A program made the translations under genes and the position numbers. Below, piece by piece: positions 1-11,346 of a stretch of DNA of 64,000 nt. Numbering within the stretch: position 1 is the first letter of the stretch; the number at the start of each line of letters is the position of its first letter. Source of the DNA: an uncultured delta proteobacterium (GTDB lineage: Bacteria; Myxococcota_A; Polyangia; Palsa-1104); contig CAWAWS010000033.1 of NCBI GenBank assembly GCA_963785725.1, positions 224,001-288,000 on the forward strand, in the 5' to 3' direction. The notes beneath the pieces were generated by a model. The model saw only the letters and a list, made by a program, of their open reading frames with translations. It was not told where the DNA came from and did no database searches.

Positions 1-220
1 GAGGCGATGCGTCAGGCGCACGAAATGAGCGAGTTTCGCGGCCGGCGAAATGGGTTTTCCGTGCTTCACCGAACCCATCCAACGGGGCGGCCGCAAGCGG
101 TGGACGGGCGCGGAGCTCGACCGCGCCCAGCGGCCCGCATACTGAACGAATCAACAGCAGATAGAACGCGAGGCAAGTCGACTCGCCGGATAGTGACTCA
201 GCCTACGAATCTCGAGTGCT

Positions 221-256
221 CCTGAGACAGCCTGAGACGCTGTCTCATGGGACAGC
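221..256. promoter_or_regulatory. Clustered TGAGAC/GTCTCA direct and inverted repeats, putative transcription-factor operator
   Basis: CCTGAGAC at 221 and 231 (10-bp period), palindrome TGAGAC-gct-GTCTCA at 233-247, overlapping imperfect palindrome GCTGTCTCA/TGGGACAGC at 239-256; about 200 bp upstream of the kinase-WD40 start. Confidence 0.45.
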
Positions 257-458
257 GGGGAATGCGAAAATCCGCCGGCGCGACACGCGAAATCAATCAT
301 TTGCCGCTCGCGGGATCGACGCCTAGCGGATTGACGGGTCGCGGAATTCGCCTCAGTTTTGGCGGCTGTCCCAGGGACTGGCTTGGCTCGCGGGCTGCAT
401 TAGGCGTCGGCCAGGATACGACTTGAAGCCGCGCACTGGCCATTGTACGGACGTTGCG

Positions 459-3400
459 ATGCCCGACGCCAAAGGCGACGCTGGCCGCCACGACGACGCG
501 CGGAACGCGACCATCACCACGACCGGCGACGACGGCCCGCGCGACGCGACGATCACCACGACCGGCGACGAGGGCGCGCCCAATACGCCGCGCCAGTTGA
601 CCTCGACGACGCGCGCGTTCGACCACTACGAAGTCGAGAGCGAGCATGCGCGCGGCGGCATCGGCCGGGTGTTGCGCGCCTGGGACAATCGGCTGCAGCG
701 TCCCGTCGCGATCAAAGAGCTGCTCGCGGCCAATGATCAACATGCGCGCCGCTTCCTGCGCGAAATCGGGATCACCGCGCGCTTACAACATCCCAGTATC
801 GTTCCCGTCTATGAAGCGGGACAGGCGCCGAATGGCTCGCCCTTTTATGCCATGCGTTTCGTCAGCGGCCGCACTCTGCGACAGCTCATCGACGCCGCCG
901 GCAGCCTCGACGCGCGCATGGCGTTGTTACCCAACGTCCTCGCCGTCGCCGACGCGATCGCTTATGCGCATTCGGAGGGCATTCTTCATCGCGACTTGAA
1001 GCCGAGTAACGTCATTATCGGCGGCTTCGGCGAGACCATCGTCATCGATTGGGGCCTGGCCAAGCTGCTCGACGAAGCGCCCGAGGCCGCGGAAATGGAC
1101 AGCGGTCCTTATCGCGCGCCGGCGCCTGCCGATGACCGCACGATCGCCGGTACCGTCTTAGGCACGCCGTTCTATATGCCGCCCGAGCAGGCGGCCGGCG
1201 ACGACGTCGACGCGCGCGCCGACGTCTATGCGTTGGGCGCGATGCTCTATCACGTGCTCGTCGGCCAGCCGCCTTATGCCGGTGATTCGGCGTCGACGCA
1301 GGCCAAGTCGGTGCTCGCCGGCGCGCCCATTCCATTGCCGAGCGCCCAGCCGGACGTGCCGTCCGATTTGGTGGCGCTCGTCGATAAGGCGATGGCGCGC
1401 GCGGCCAGTGATCGCTATCCGTCCGCCAAAGAGTTCGCCGACGACTTGCGCCGCTATCAAACCGGACAGCTCGTGGGCGCGCACCGTTATTCGCGCGCGG
1501 CGCTGCTGGCGCGTTGGCTGCGACGTCATCGCACGCCGGTCGGTTTGGCGGCGCTGTTTACCGCGCTTTTGGCCGCGGGCGGCGTCGCCAGCTTTCGGCA
1601 GATCATCCGCGAGCGAAACACCGCGATCGCGCAGCGGCGAATCGCGCAATCGCGCACGAATCAAATGACGCTGACGCAAGCGGCGAGCGCGCTCGAGACC
1701 GATCCGACCGCGACGCTGGCGTGGCTGAAGACCTATCCGCTCGACGGCGACAATTGGGCGGAAGCGCAGCGACTGGCGGCTGCGGCCGATTCCCGCGGCG
1801 TGGCGCGACTGGAGCTGCAAGGCAAAATGCGCCGCGTAAACAGCCTCGTCGTCGGTCCGGGCGCGCGCGAGGTCACGTCGGTCTCCGATGACGGCACGGT
1901 GCGCGTTTGGGACTTCGATCGCGGTATCGAGAAGGCCCGCGGCGAAACGACATTCAGCATCGGTTGGAATAAATACTCGCCCGATCACCAATCGCTCATT
2001 ACATATGGTGATGGCACGGCGCGGCTCTTCAAGCTGCGCAACGGCGCGCTCGCCGGCAGCACCGAGCTCTCGCCGTCGCTCACGTATTCGGTGGCGTTTT
2101 CGGCGGACAGTGCGCGCGCGCTATTGGGCACCGAGCACGGCGTTCTGCAGGTCGACCTCGACAAAGCCGTGGCGCGTCCTTTCGAGCACACGGGCATTCC
2201 GGCCGGCAATGTCATCTATCGCACCGACGGCCGCATCGTCGCCTTGGGGTTCGACTCCAAGCTGCGCGTGTGGGCGCCGGACGGCAAGCTCGAAGCCACT
2301 TGGGATATCCCCGGTCACAAGACGTGGCGCCTCTTCTTCGACGGCAGCGGACGCTTCGCGGCATTGACGGCGGTCGACAAATCATTCGGCATCCTCGACA
2401 CGACCACCGGCGCGTTTCAATCGCTGCCGGGAATCAGCACGCTGGGTATGGGCAGCTTCTTGCCGGACGCCTCATCCGTCGTCGCGGTCACTTCGGTCAA
2501 TGGCGTCGTCATGTGGACGCCCAAGACCAATAAGACCATTTCGTTGCAGTCGCATATCAGTAAGGTCAACGCCGTCACGGTCTCGCAAGACGGCAACTAT
2601 GTCGCTTCGGGTGACAGCAAAGGCGAAATAGTCGTCTCGTCATTGAGCGACCAAACCTCGGTGACGCTCTCGGCGCGCAAAGAGGTGACGAGCCTCGAGT
2701 TCGTCGGCGCCGACCTCATCGCCGGATATCAAGACGGGACGATTCGCATTTGGGACGCGCCGTTCCATCTCGCCGGCCGTGAGCGCTTTGGCCATTACGG
2801 CAACGTCTTTCAGATCCTGTTTTCGCCCGACAGTCAGCGGCTGGCGACTGGCTCGGGCGATCAAGCGGTGCAGCTCTATTCGGTCGCCGCCGATCAGTCG
2901 CGGCGACTGCCGCTGCCGAAAGCGCTCGTCGAAGGCTTGGCCTTCTCGGATGACGGAAGATATTTGGCCGCCGCCGCCGATGAGGAGGTTCGCATCTGGG
3001 ACACGACGGCCACGCCGGAGAGCGTACGGGTTCTACGCATTCCGACGGGCGTGCGCCGCGTTCGCTTCCGCGACGCGCGACACCTTGTCACCAGCGGCGA
3101 CGACGGCATCGTGCGCGCGTGGGACCTCGATACCGAGCAATTCAAAGAGCTGTCACGTCACAAAGGGCAGATCTTCCCGCTCATGCTCGACAAGTCGCGC
3201 GAGCACGTCTATTCGGGCGCCAAAGACGGCGCCATTCACGCTTGGAATTTCGCGACCGCTAAAGAGGACAATTGGACGCTCGGCTTGGGGCCGATCAATC
3301 AAATGGACCTCACGCTCGATCAGACGAGCTTGGCGACCGGAACGGAGACGGGAAACATCGCCGTCTTGAATCTGCAGACGGGCGCGGTTCGCTGGACGGC

Positions 3401-3830
3401 GAAGCATAAGCGGTTGATCTCGTCGCTGGCGTTGTCGCCGAATGGCAAGTGGGTCGCCAGCGGCAGCGAGGATGGCTTGGTGCAATTGCGCGACGTCCTG
3501 ACGGGCGCGCCGGGCTTGAGCTTTCATCACGAGTCGGTGGCGCGGGCGCTGGCCTTCTCGCGCGACGGCAAGTGGCTCGCCAGCGGCGGCTATGACGGCG
3601 TCCTGCGCGTCTTCGACATGCATACGGGCGCCACCTGCTCGATTCACGCGCTCGACAGCCACATCACGCGGGTCTCGTTCTCGCCCGACAGCGCGACGCT
3701 GGCGCTCGGCGCTTATAACGGCAGCATTCACTTGTGGCGCAGCGGCGACTTCGCAGCCTGCGCGCCGAGCGCGCCGCAAGCGCTGCGCGATTGGATCGAG
3801 CGCCATACCAACGTCACGATTTCCGAGTAA
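459..3830 (+). CDS. Ser/Thr protein kinase with TM segment and C-terminal WD40 beta-propellers
   Basis: ARGGIGRV, VAIK, HRDLKPSN, DWG, GTPFYMPPEQ, DVYALG; hydrophobic VGLAALFTALLAAGGV; many repeats such as SVSDDGTVRVWD and ASGGYDGVLRVFD. ATG 459 preferred over TTG 423. Confidence 0.93.
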   Translation: MPDAKGDAGRHDDARNATITTTGDDGPRDATITTTGDEGAPNTPRQLTSTTRAFDHYEVESEHARGGIGRVLRAWDNRLQRPVAIKELLAANDQHARRFLREIGITARLQHPSIVPVYEAGQAPNGSPFYAMRFVSGRTLRQLIDAAGSLDARMALLPNVLAVADAIAYAHSEGILHRDLKPSNVIIGGFGETIVIDWGLAKLLDEAPEAAEMDSGPYRAPAPADDRTIAGTVLGTPFYMPPEQAAGDDVDARADVYALGAMLYHVLVGQPPYAGDSASTQAKSVLAGAPIPLPSAQPDVPSDLVALVDKAMARAASDRYPSAKEFADDLRRYQTGQLVGAHRYSRAALLARWLRRHRTPVGLAALFTALLAAGGVASFRQIIRERNTAIAQRRIAQSRTNQMTLTQAASALETDPTATLAWLKTYPLDGDNWAEAQRLAAAADSRGVARLELQGKMRRVNSLVVGPGAREVTSVSDDGTVRVWDFDRGIEKARGETTFSIGWNKYSPDHQSLITYGDGTARLFKLRNGALAGSTELSPSLTYSVAFSADSARALLGTEHGVLQVDLDKAVARPFEHTGIPAGNVIYRTDGRIVALGFDSKLRVWAPDGKLEATWDIPGHKTWRLFFDGSGRFAALTAVDKSFGILDTTTGAFQSLPGISTLGMGSFLPDASSVVAVTSVNGVVMWTPKTNKTISLQSHISKVNAVTVSQDGNYVASGDSKGEIVVSSLSDQTSVTLSARKEVTSLEFVGADLIAGYQDGTIRIWDAPFHLAGRERFGHYGNVFQILFSPDSQRLATGSGDQAVQLYSVAADQSRRLPLPKALVEGLAFSDDGRYLAAAADEEVRIWDTTATPESVRVLRIPTGVRRVRFRDARHLVTSGDDGIVRAWDLDTEQFKELSRHKGQIFPLMLDKSREHVYSGAKDGAIHAWNFATAKEDNWTLGLGPINQMDLTLDQTSLATGTETGNIAVLNLQTGAVRWTAKHKRLISSLALSPNGKWVASGSEDGLVQLRDVLTGAPGLSFHHESVARALAFSRDGKWLASGGYDGVLRVFDMHTGATCSIHALDSHITRVSFSPDSATLALGAYNGSIHLWRSGDFAACAPSAPQALRDWIERHTNVTISE
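505..575 (+). repeat. Tandem 39-nt coding duplication (ATITTTGD x2) in the kinase N-terminus
   Basis: NATITTTGDDGPR followed by DATITTTGDEGAP; DNA gcgacCatcaccacgaccggcgacga and gcgacGatcaccacgaccggcgacga. Confidence 0.8.
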
Positions 3831-3887
3831 TCGAAGCATTGTCCGACGATTTTGATTGTGCTAACGGGTCACACACTGGAGAGAGAA

Positions 3888-4079
3888 ATGAAGTCCGATA
3901 AGAAGCCGAAGAAGAAGCTCACGCTCAGCAAGGAAACCCTGCGCCATCTTTCCAGCGACCAGCTGCGGTCCGTCCTGGGTGGAAACGAGACGGCGGGGTG
4001 CCAGTCAGTCGACACCGGCGGGCAGGTCACGACGAGCGGCATGAAGATCTGCAGCAACGTCAGTGACGTCACGCTGTAG
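3888..4079 (+). CDS. Putative RiPP precursor peptide (63 aa; lanthipeptide-like leader with Gly-Gly cleavage site)
   Basis: Purine-rich RBS GGAGAGAG before ATG 3888; leader MKSDKKPKKKLTLSKETLRHLSSDQLRSVLGG; core NETAGCQSVDTGGQVTTSGMKICSNVSDVTL with 2 Cys and 9 Ser/Thr. Confidence 0.75.
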   Translation: MKSDKKPKKKLTLSKETLRHLSSDQLRSVLGGNETAGCQSVDTGGQVTTSGMKICSNVSDVTL

Positions 4080-4109
4080 ACGGCGACGAATCGCCGCGTC
4101 GTTGCACCT

Positions 4110-5264
4110 TCAAGCCGCCGCGTCGGGCGACACGCGCCTCTCGGTCGTGGGCTCGACGCGGCGGCGCAGCGCCGGTCGCGCGCCGGCGCCGTTCATTTGG
4201 CGCTCGAGCCAGCGCTGCGCCGGCTGCTCGACGGTCAGGTGGAACGTCAAGCCGACGCCGTAAACCAACAGTCCGAAGACGACGACGAAGTGTAAGCCGC
4301 CGAGCGGCAGCGCCGCCGCGAGCACGAGGTACATGAGCGGCATCTGCAAGATGTAGATGTCGTAGCTGGCGCGCCCGAGGCCGCGCAGCGGTCGCGAGCC
4401 GAGGACGCGACCGACCAGCCCGCGCGCGCCGGCCGCCGACCAGACGATGGCGCCGAAGCAGGGCATCAAGAGCGCGTTGTGGACGAGCGCGAACGGCAAG
4501 CGATCAGACAGCGACAGCGTCGCGGCGGCGACCGCCAGCGCCAGCGCGCCCAGCCAAGGCCGCGAACGGCGCGCCGGGTCGAACGAGAGGCCGAGCGTGA
4601 CGCCGAAGGCGAGCTCGGGCAGCCGCGCCGGCGGCCAGAACTTCAGGAAACCGAGGTAGAAGGCGTTGCTGTCGGGGCCGACGACGCCGTCGGGCGCGAT
4701 CGCGCTGTAGCCGCCGGCGATGACGAGCGCCGACGCCCAAATCGCCGCTAAAAGCCAGCGTCGCCGCGCCGCCGACAAGCCGGCGATGGCGCGGATCAGC
4801 GACGGCAAGACGAGGTAGAACGCGACCTCGATGGAGATGCTCCACGCCGGCAGATTCCACGTCAGCGCCACCGGCGGCCACCACGCCTGCAGAAACAGCA
4901 GCTGCAACACGCCGCCGAGCGGGTTGGCGACCACGTTCGCGTCGTGCCGCCACGCCAGCGGCACGAGCACGACGAGCGCGGCCAGATACGCCGGCAACAG
5001 CCGCGAGATTCGGCGGACGAGAAAGCGGCGATGGTCGAACGCGCGGCCGTCGCTGTCGAGGATGCGCGGACCGTAGCTGAGCGCGAGCACGAAGCCCGAG
5101 AGCACGTAAAAGAACGAGACGCCGACGAAGCCGCTGCCGCCGAGCGCGCGCAGCCAACGCGGCGCCGTCGTCAAGAGCGGGCGGCCGAAGTGAAAGAAGA
5201 AGACGTAGAGCGACACGAAGGGCCGCAGCCCCGTCAGCGCGTCGATGCGGCGCTCGGGATTCAT
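4110..5264 (-). CDS. Acyltransferase family 3 (OafA/YrhL-like) membrane O-acyltransferase
   Basis: IDALTGLR, FFH, GVSFFYVLSGFVL, RRISRLLP, WSISIEVAFY, LGRASYDIYILQ; multiple TM helices. Confidence 0.9.
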   Translation of the reverse strand: MNPERRIDALTGLRPFVSLYVFFFHFGRPLLTTAPRWLRALGGSGFVGVSFFYVLSGFVLALSYGPRILDSDGRAFDHRRFLVRRISRLLPAYLAALVVLVPLAWRHDANVVANPLGGVLQLLFLQAWWPPVALTWNLPAWSISIEVAFYLVLPSLIRAIAGLSAARRRWLLAAIWASALVIAGGYSAIAPDGVVGPDSNAFYLGFLKFWPPARLPELAFGVTLGLSFDPARRSRPWLGALALAVAAATLSLSDRLPFALVHNALLMPCFGAIVWSAAGARGLVGRVLGSRPLRGLGRASYDIYILQMPLMYLVLAAALPLGGLHFVVVFGLLVYGVGLTFHLTVEQPAQRWLERQMNGAGARPALRRRVEPTTERRVSPDAAA

Positions 5265-5835
5265 GCGGCGACGGTGTCACGCGCGCGCTGAACGCCGCGC
5301 GGCAGCTCGGCGACGTCGCCATTGCAGCTCTGCGCCGTTTCGGCCACGAGCGGCTGTCGCGCGGCCGAAAGCGTGCGACCTCGAGCCATCGCACAGGACG
5401 CATCGCCGCCGAATGTGACGCGGCCGATTCGGCGCATCGACGGGATCGCGAATCATGACCGCGCATACGTGCATTTGCCGTCGCGTAGCGATCGGCGTCT
5501 CGCGTTCGGTGTAGGTTCGGATCGAGCGCGAACCTAGAAGGACGCGCAGTCGTGCACATCAGATCTGCCCGCGCACAATCATTAAACACTAGCTGCTCTC
5601 AAACGTTAGATAACCCGCAAATATTTGGGATCACGTGGTCTTTTGCTACGGTCGACGTTGCCAATCGCTACGCCGCGCGCGCGCTCGAGTGCATTTGAAT
5701 CGCGCGGTAAGCGGCTAACTTTCGACCGCAATTTTACGCTTCGGTGATCGCTCGCTCACGCTGGCGTGTCGATTGCTCAGTCGCGCCGCCGCACAGCACT
5801 TCCTGTCTACATCCATTGGAATTCGGGAGGACGGC

Positions 5836-7041
5836 ATGACGCGCAAGAGAATCAATACGGCATTGTTCGTATCCATCGTATGCGTCGCGGGCTGCAGCGG
5901 TGAGCCGGCGGAGGAGAGCAACAGCGTCGAGGCGGAGATCGCGGCCATCGTCCCGCATTCGTTCGCGCGCGTCTGCGATGCGCCGACCGAAGAGGGCCAC
6001 GCCAGCTGCCACGCGCTCGTGCGCACCGACGAGAGCGGCATCGTGCCGTTCGCCACGACAGTCAGCGGATTCGGCCCGACGGATCTGGCCAGCGCTTACA
6101 AGCTCAACACGGCCGGCGGCAGCGGCGCCACCATCGCCATCGTCGACGCGTATGACGATCCGAACGCCGAGAGCGACCTGGCGTTCTATCGTTCGCACTT
6201 TGGTTTGCCCGCTTGCACCACCGCCAATGGCTGCTTCAAGAAGGTCAATGAGAAGGGCCAGACGACTTCATTGCCGGCGGCCAACAGCGGTTGGGCCAGC
6301 GAGATCGCCCTCGACATCGAAATGGCGTCGGCCGTCTGCCCGAAGTGCAAGATCATCCTCGTCGAGGCCTCGTCGACGAGCTTCGCCGACCTGGGCGCGG
6401 GCGTGAACGCGGCCGTCAGCCTCGGCGCCACCGTCGTCAGCAATAGCTACGGCGGCAGCGAGAGCTCGGGCGAAACCAGCTCCGACACCTATTACAATCA
6501 TCCCGGCGTCGGCATCTTCGTGTCGTCGGGCGATGGCGGTTACGGCGTCGAATATCCGGCCGCGTCGAAGTACGTGACCGCGGTCGGCGGCACGTCGCTG
6601 GCGAAGTCGTCGGCGTCGCGCGGCTGGGTCGAGTCGGTGTGGGGCTCGGCCAAGAACACGAACGGCGGCGCCGGCTCGGGCTGCTCGAAGTACGAGACGA
6701 AGCCGTCGTATCAAAAAGACAGCGGCTGCACGAAGCGCACGGTCGCCGACGTCTCGGCGGTCGCCGATCCGAACACCGGCGTCGCCGTTTACGACACGTA
6801 CGGTGGCAAGGGCTGGGCCGTCTACGGCGGCACGTCGGTGGCGTCGCCGATCGTCGCCAGCATCCACGCGCTCGCCGGCCACGGCGCAGACTCGCTCGGC
6901 CTCTCTTACGCGCATCCGAGCTGGTTCTTCGACGTCACCTCGGGCACCAACGGCAACTGCAGCGGCTCCTATTTGTGCACGGGCGAAGTCGGCTACGACG
7001 GCCCGACTGGCAACGGCACGCCCGACGTCGCCGCCTGGTAA
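5836..7041 (+). CDS. Secreted/lipoprotein S53 (sedolisin-like) serine peptidase
   Basis: RBS GGGAGG; signal ending VAGC; EIALDIE (E-x3-D), SSGDGG oxyanion, GGTSVASP catalytic Ser, GYDGPTGNGTP C-terminus. Confidence 0.88.
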   Translation: MTRKRINTALFVSIVCVAGCSGEPAEESNSVEAEIAAIVPHSFARVCDAPTEEGHASCHALVRTDESGIVPFATTVSGFGPTDLASAYKLNTAGGSGATIAIVDAYDDPNAESDLAFYRSHFGLPACTTANGCFKKVNEKGQTTSLPAANSGWASEIALDIEMASAVCPKCKIILVEASSTSFADLGAGVNAAVSLGATVVSNSYGGSESSGETSSDTYYNHPGVGIFVSSGDGGYGVEYPAASKYVTAVGGTSLAKSSASRGWVESVWGSAKNTNGGAGSGCSKYETKPSYQKDSGCTKRTVADVSAVADPNTGVAVYDTYGGKGWAVYGGTSVASPIVASIHALAGHGADSLGLSYAHPSWFFDVTSGTNGNCSGSYLCTGEVGYDGPTGNGTPDVAAW

Positions 7042-7157
7042 ACCGCTAGTCGCCGCAGCGTTTCGACCGCCGTAACCGCTTCCGCTCGTCTTCCATTCAG
7101 CGCAGCTTCCCGCCGACCGTCGATTCCGGCGCGAGAAATCGTGGCCTCGGTGCGACT

Positions 7158-7850
7158 TTGGCGGGACAGCGTCCTCCTGATCACATGAGGCCGGCGCGCC
7201 GCCGTTCGGGCAGGCTCGACACGCACAGGCTGCCGTGGCTGCGGCACCTCGTCGTCGTCGTGGTCGCCGCGAGCGCGCTGGCCGGGTCCGCCGACGAAGC
7301 GAGCGATCGCCAGGCGCGCGCGTTGTCGACCGAGGGGCTGACGCAGTTCAAGCGCGGCCACTATGCGGAGGCGATCGCGGCGTTTCAGGCGTCCTACGCG
7401 CTGTCGCCGCTGCCGCCGCTCCTCTTCGACGCCGCGCAGGCGTATCGTCTATTGGGTCGGTGCGACGACGCGCTGACGCTCTATCGCCGCTATCTGGACG
7501 ACGCGCCGGACGCGCCCAATCGCGCCGCAGCCGCGGCGCGCGCCGTCGAGATGGAGCGCTGTGCGCGCGCCGAGCGGTCGGCCGCATCGGCGCTCGCGCC
7601 CAGCGTCGCCGCGGCCGAGCCGGCGGCGCCACTGTCGATCGCGCCCGTCGTCGCGCTGACGCCGCCGCCGACACCGATCGAGCGGCGTCGCCGGCCGGCT
7701 TACCGGGCGTGGTGGCTGTGGACGACCGTCGGCGGCGTCGTCGCCGCCGCGGTCGTGGCCGGCGCGGTCGTCGCCAGCGAGCGCCCGACGTTTCACGCGA
7801 CGCTGCCCGGCCCGACGCCGACGAACGCGGCGCTGCGCGTGCGCTTCTGA
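7158..7850 (+). CDS. Tetratricopeptide-repeat protein with C-terminal hydrophobic segment
   Basis: GLTQFKRGHYAEAIAAFQASY, LLFDAAQAYRLLG, ALTLYRRYL; Pro-rich linker; PAYRAWWLWTTVGGVV; start codon uncertain. Confidence 0.8.
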   Translation: MAGQRPPDHMRPARRRSGRLDTHRLPWLRHLVVVVVAASALAGSADEASDRQARALSTEGLTQFKRGHYAEAIAAFQASYALSPLPPLLFDAAQAYRLLGRCDDALTLYRRYLDDAPDAPNRAAAAARAVEMERCARAERSAASALAPSVAAAEPAAPLSIAPVVALTPPPTPIERRRRPAYRAWWLWTTVGGVVAAAVVAGAVVASERPTFHATLPGPTPTNAALRVRF

Positions 7851-8731
7851 TGCGCGGCCTCACCCTCCTCGCCTTCGCCTTCATGCTCGCCGGCTGCAAG
7901 CTGCTGCCGCAAAATGGCTACGCCGTCGACGTCACGATCGTGCGCGCTCCGTCGCTGCCGGCGACGACGTGGAGCCAGATCGCGTCGCTGGCGCTGCACG
8001 TCGGCGGCGCCGAGCAGGACGCTTGGCCGGCCAACGACGTCCACTTGGCAGACGCCGCCACGTTCATCTATCCCGTCCACGCCGCCGGCGGCATGCTGAC
8101 GTTCACCATCGATGGCAGCGACGGCAACGGCGCCCTCGTCGCGCGCGGCGCGGGCGTCGTCACGCTGCGGCCGGGGCGCACGATGTTCCTGACCGTCCCG
8201 CTCGCGCCCGCTACGGCATCGACGGACCTCGGCACCGTCGATTCAGCCGCACCCGATCCGAATGTCGTCGATCTGCTGCCGGCCGATCCCGTCGACTGCA
8301 GCGCGGCTTGCGGCCACCTGACCAGCTGCGGCTCGCATCAAGCCGCCGGCGACTGCCTGGCGATGTGCGACAAAGCGCCGGCCATGCTCGCGTGCGCCGC
8401 CCAGGCCACCACGTGCAACGACTACGCGCTCTGCGCTTTTACGCAGCTCGCCGCCTTGACGTGCAAAGGCAACGGCGGCATTCCCAGCGGCGACGCCGGC
8501 TGCCGCGACACGACGATGTGCGAAGGCGTGTGCAACGAGACCGCGCCCGGCCCCGCCTGCACGTGCAAATGCAACAGCCAGCTAGATCCCGCGCAAGCGA
8601 TCGACAGCTGGGTGCACATCACCTGCGCCGGCGCCGAGTGCTACCAGTGCATGCCCGACATGTTCAACGGCGCTCAATGCGACGCCTGCGCGCGCAACGT
8701 CTGCGGCAGCGACGCCTGCTTGGCCCACTAA
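7850..8731 (+). CDS. Cys-rich lipoprotein
   Basis: ATG overlaps the TPR stop (TGATG); lipobox MLAGC; beta-rich N-domain followed by a very Cys-rich C-terminal half. Confidence 0.75.
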   Translation: MRGLTLLAFAFMLAGCKLLPQNGYAVDVTIVRAPSLPATTWSQIASLALHVGGAEQDAWPANDVHLADAATFIYPVHAAGGMLTFTIDGSDGNGALVARGAGVVTLRPGRTMFLTVPLAPATASTDLGTVDSAAPDPNVVDLLPADPVDCSAACGHLTSCGSHQAAGDCLAMCDKAPAMLACAAQATTCNDYALCAFTQLAALTCKGNGGIPSGDAGCRDTTMCEGVCNETAPGPACTCKCNSQLDPAQAIDSWVHITCAGAECYQCMPDMFNGAQCDACARNVCGSDACLAH

Positions 8732-8761
8732 GTCAACATGTTGAGATGCATCTTCAGCCGC

Positions 8762-10357
<1,596 letters not shown>

Positions 10358-10427
10358 GGAGGCCAGACTATAACAACCCGATAGCGCTCGAAACCGCCAA
10401 GCAGGGCCATTTGCCGCGTGTGTTATC

Positions 10428-11315
10428 GTGCGCGCAATGTTGGCGGAGGCGGCGGTAGCGGCTTTTTGGGATGCGCTCGATGAACCGGCGCGCCTGCGCC
10501 TCCGCGCCGCGACGGCCGCGACGACCCTGGCGGTGACGGCCGCGTGGACGCGCGCGCAGGCCGCGTGGCCCGACGTGCGCGTGCCGGCCGAGCGCTTTTG
10601 TGCCTATTTTGCCGCGCATATTGGCGACAGCGTCGCGCTCGAGCCGCTGCGCGCCGAGGATCTCTATCTCGCCTGCGGCTGCATCGACGGCGACGCGGCC
10701 GCGCTGCAAGCCTTCGAGGATGCGCTCGCCGAAGTGGCCAACAAGCTGCGCAGCACCGCCCGCAACGACGACGTCCTCGGCGAGGCCAAGCAGCTGACGC
10801 GCCAGCTGCTCGTCGCGCGCGGCGATTGCCCGCCGGCGCTGGCCGATTACGCCGGACGCGGCGACCTGCGCGGCTGGCTGCGCGTCGCGCTCGGTCGCGA
10901 GCTCGTGCGCCTCATGCGCGCGGCCGAGAAGTCGCCGCGGCTGGCGACGGGCGAGCAAGCGCTCGTCGTCGATCGCGCCGACGATCCGGAGACGGCGTAT
11001 CTGAAGACGCACTATCGCGAGGCGTTCAAGGCCGCCTTCGCCGACGCGCTGGCGCAGCTCGATCCCGACGATCGTCGCCTCTTGCGCTACGCCATCATCG
11101 AGCGGCTGAGCATCGACGACATCGCGCGGCTCGATCGCGTGCACCGCGCGACGGCGGCGCGGCAGGTCGTGCGCGCGCGCGAGCGGCTCGTCGCAGAGAC
11201 GCGGCGCGTGCTCGGCGAGCGGCTGCGCCTCGACGGCGATCGGCTACAGAGCATCTTCGGCCTCATCGAAAGCCAAGTGGACGTCAGCGTGCAGCGCCTG
11301 CTCGTCGGCGCCTGA
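10428..11315 (+). CDS. Myxococcales-type sigma-70/ECF-like RNA polymerase sigma factor
   Basis: DLYLACGC..GD..AL..FE, YAGRGDLRGWLRV, DPETAYLK, LSIDDIARL..VHRATAAR; start uncertain (10428 or 10437). Confidence 0.85.
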   Translation: MRAMLAEAAVAAFWDALDEPARLRLRAATAATTLAVTAAWTRAQAAWPDVRVPAERFCAYFAAHIGDSVALEPLRAEDLYLACGCIDGDAAALQAFEDALAEVANKLRSTARNDDVLGEAKQLTRQLLVARGDCPPALADYAGRGDLRGWLRVALGRELVRLMRAAEKSPRLATGEQALVVDRADDPETAYLKTHYREAFKAAFADALAQLDPDDRRLLRYAIIERLSIDDIARLDRVHRATAARQVVRARERLVAETRRVLGERLRLDGDRLQSIFGLIESQVDVSVQRLLVGA

Positions 11316-11346
11316 CGCCGCCGACCTCCAGGCGCGGCCGCCGGCG

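Noticed and set aside
91..128. GC hairpins (CCGCAAGCGG; GGGCGCGG/CCGCGCCC) and the 72-aa ORF at 7-225
   Set aside because: Short stems are expected by chance at this GC content; no U-tract, no recognisable RNA family or protein motif; left context is missing
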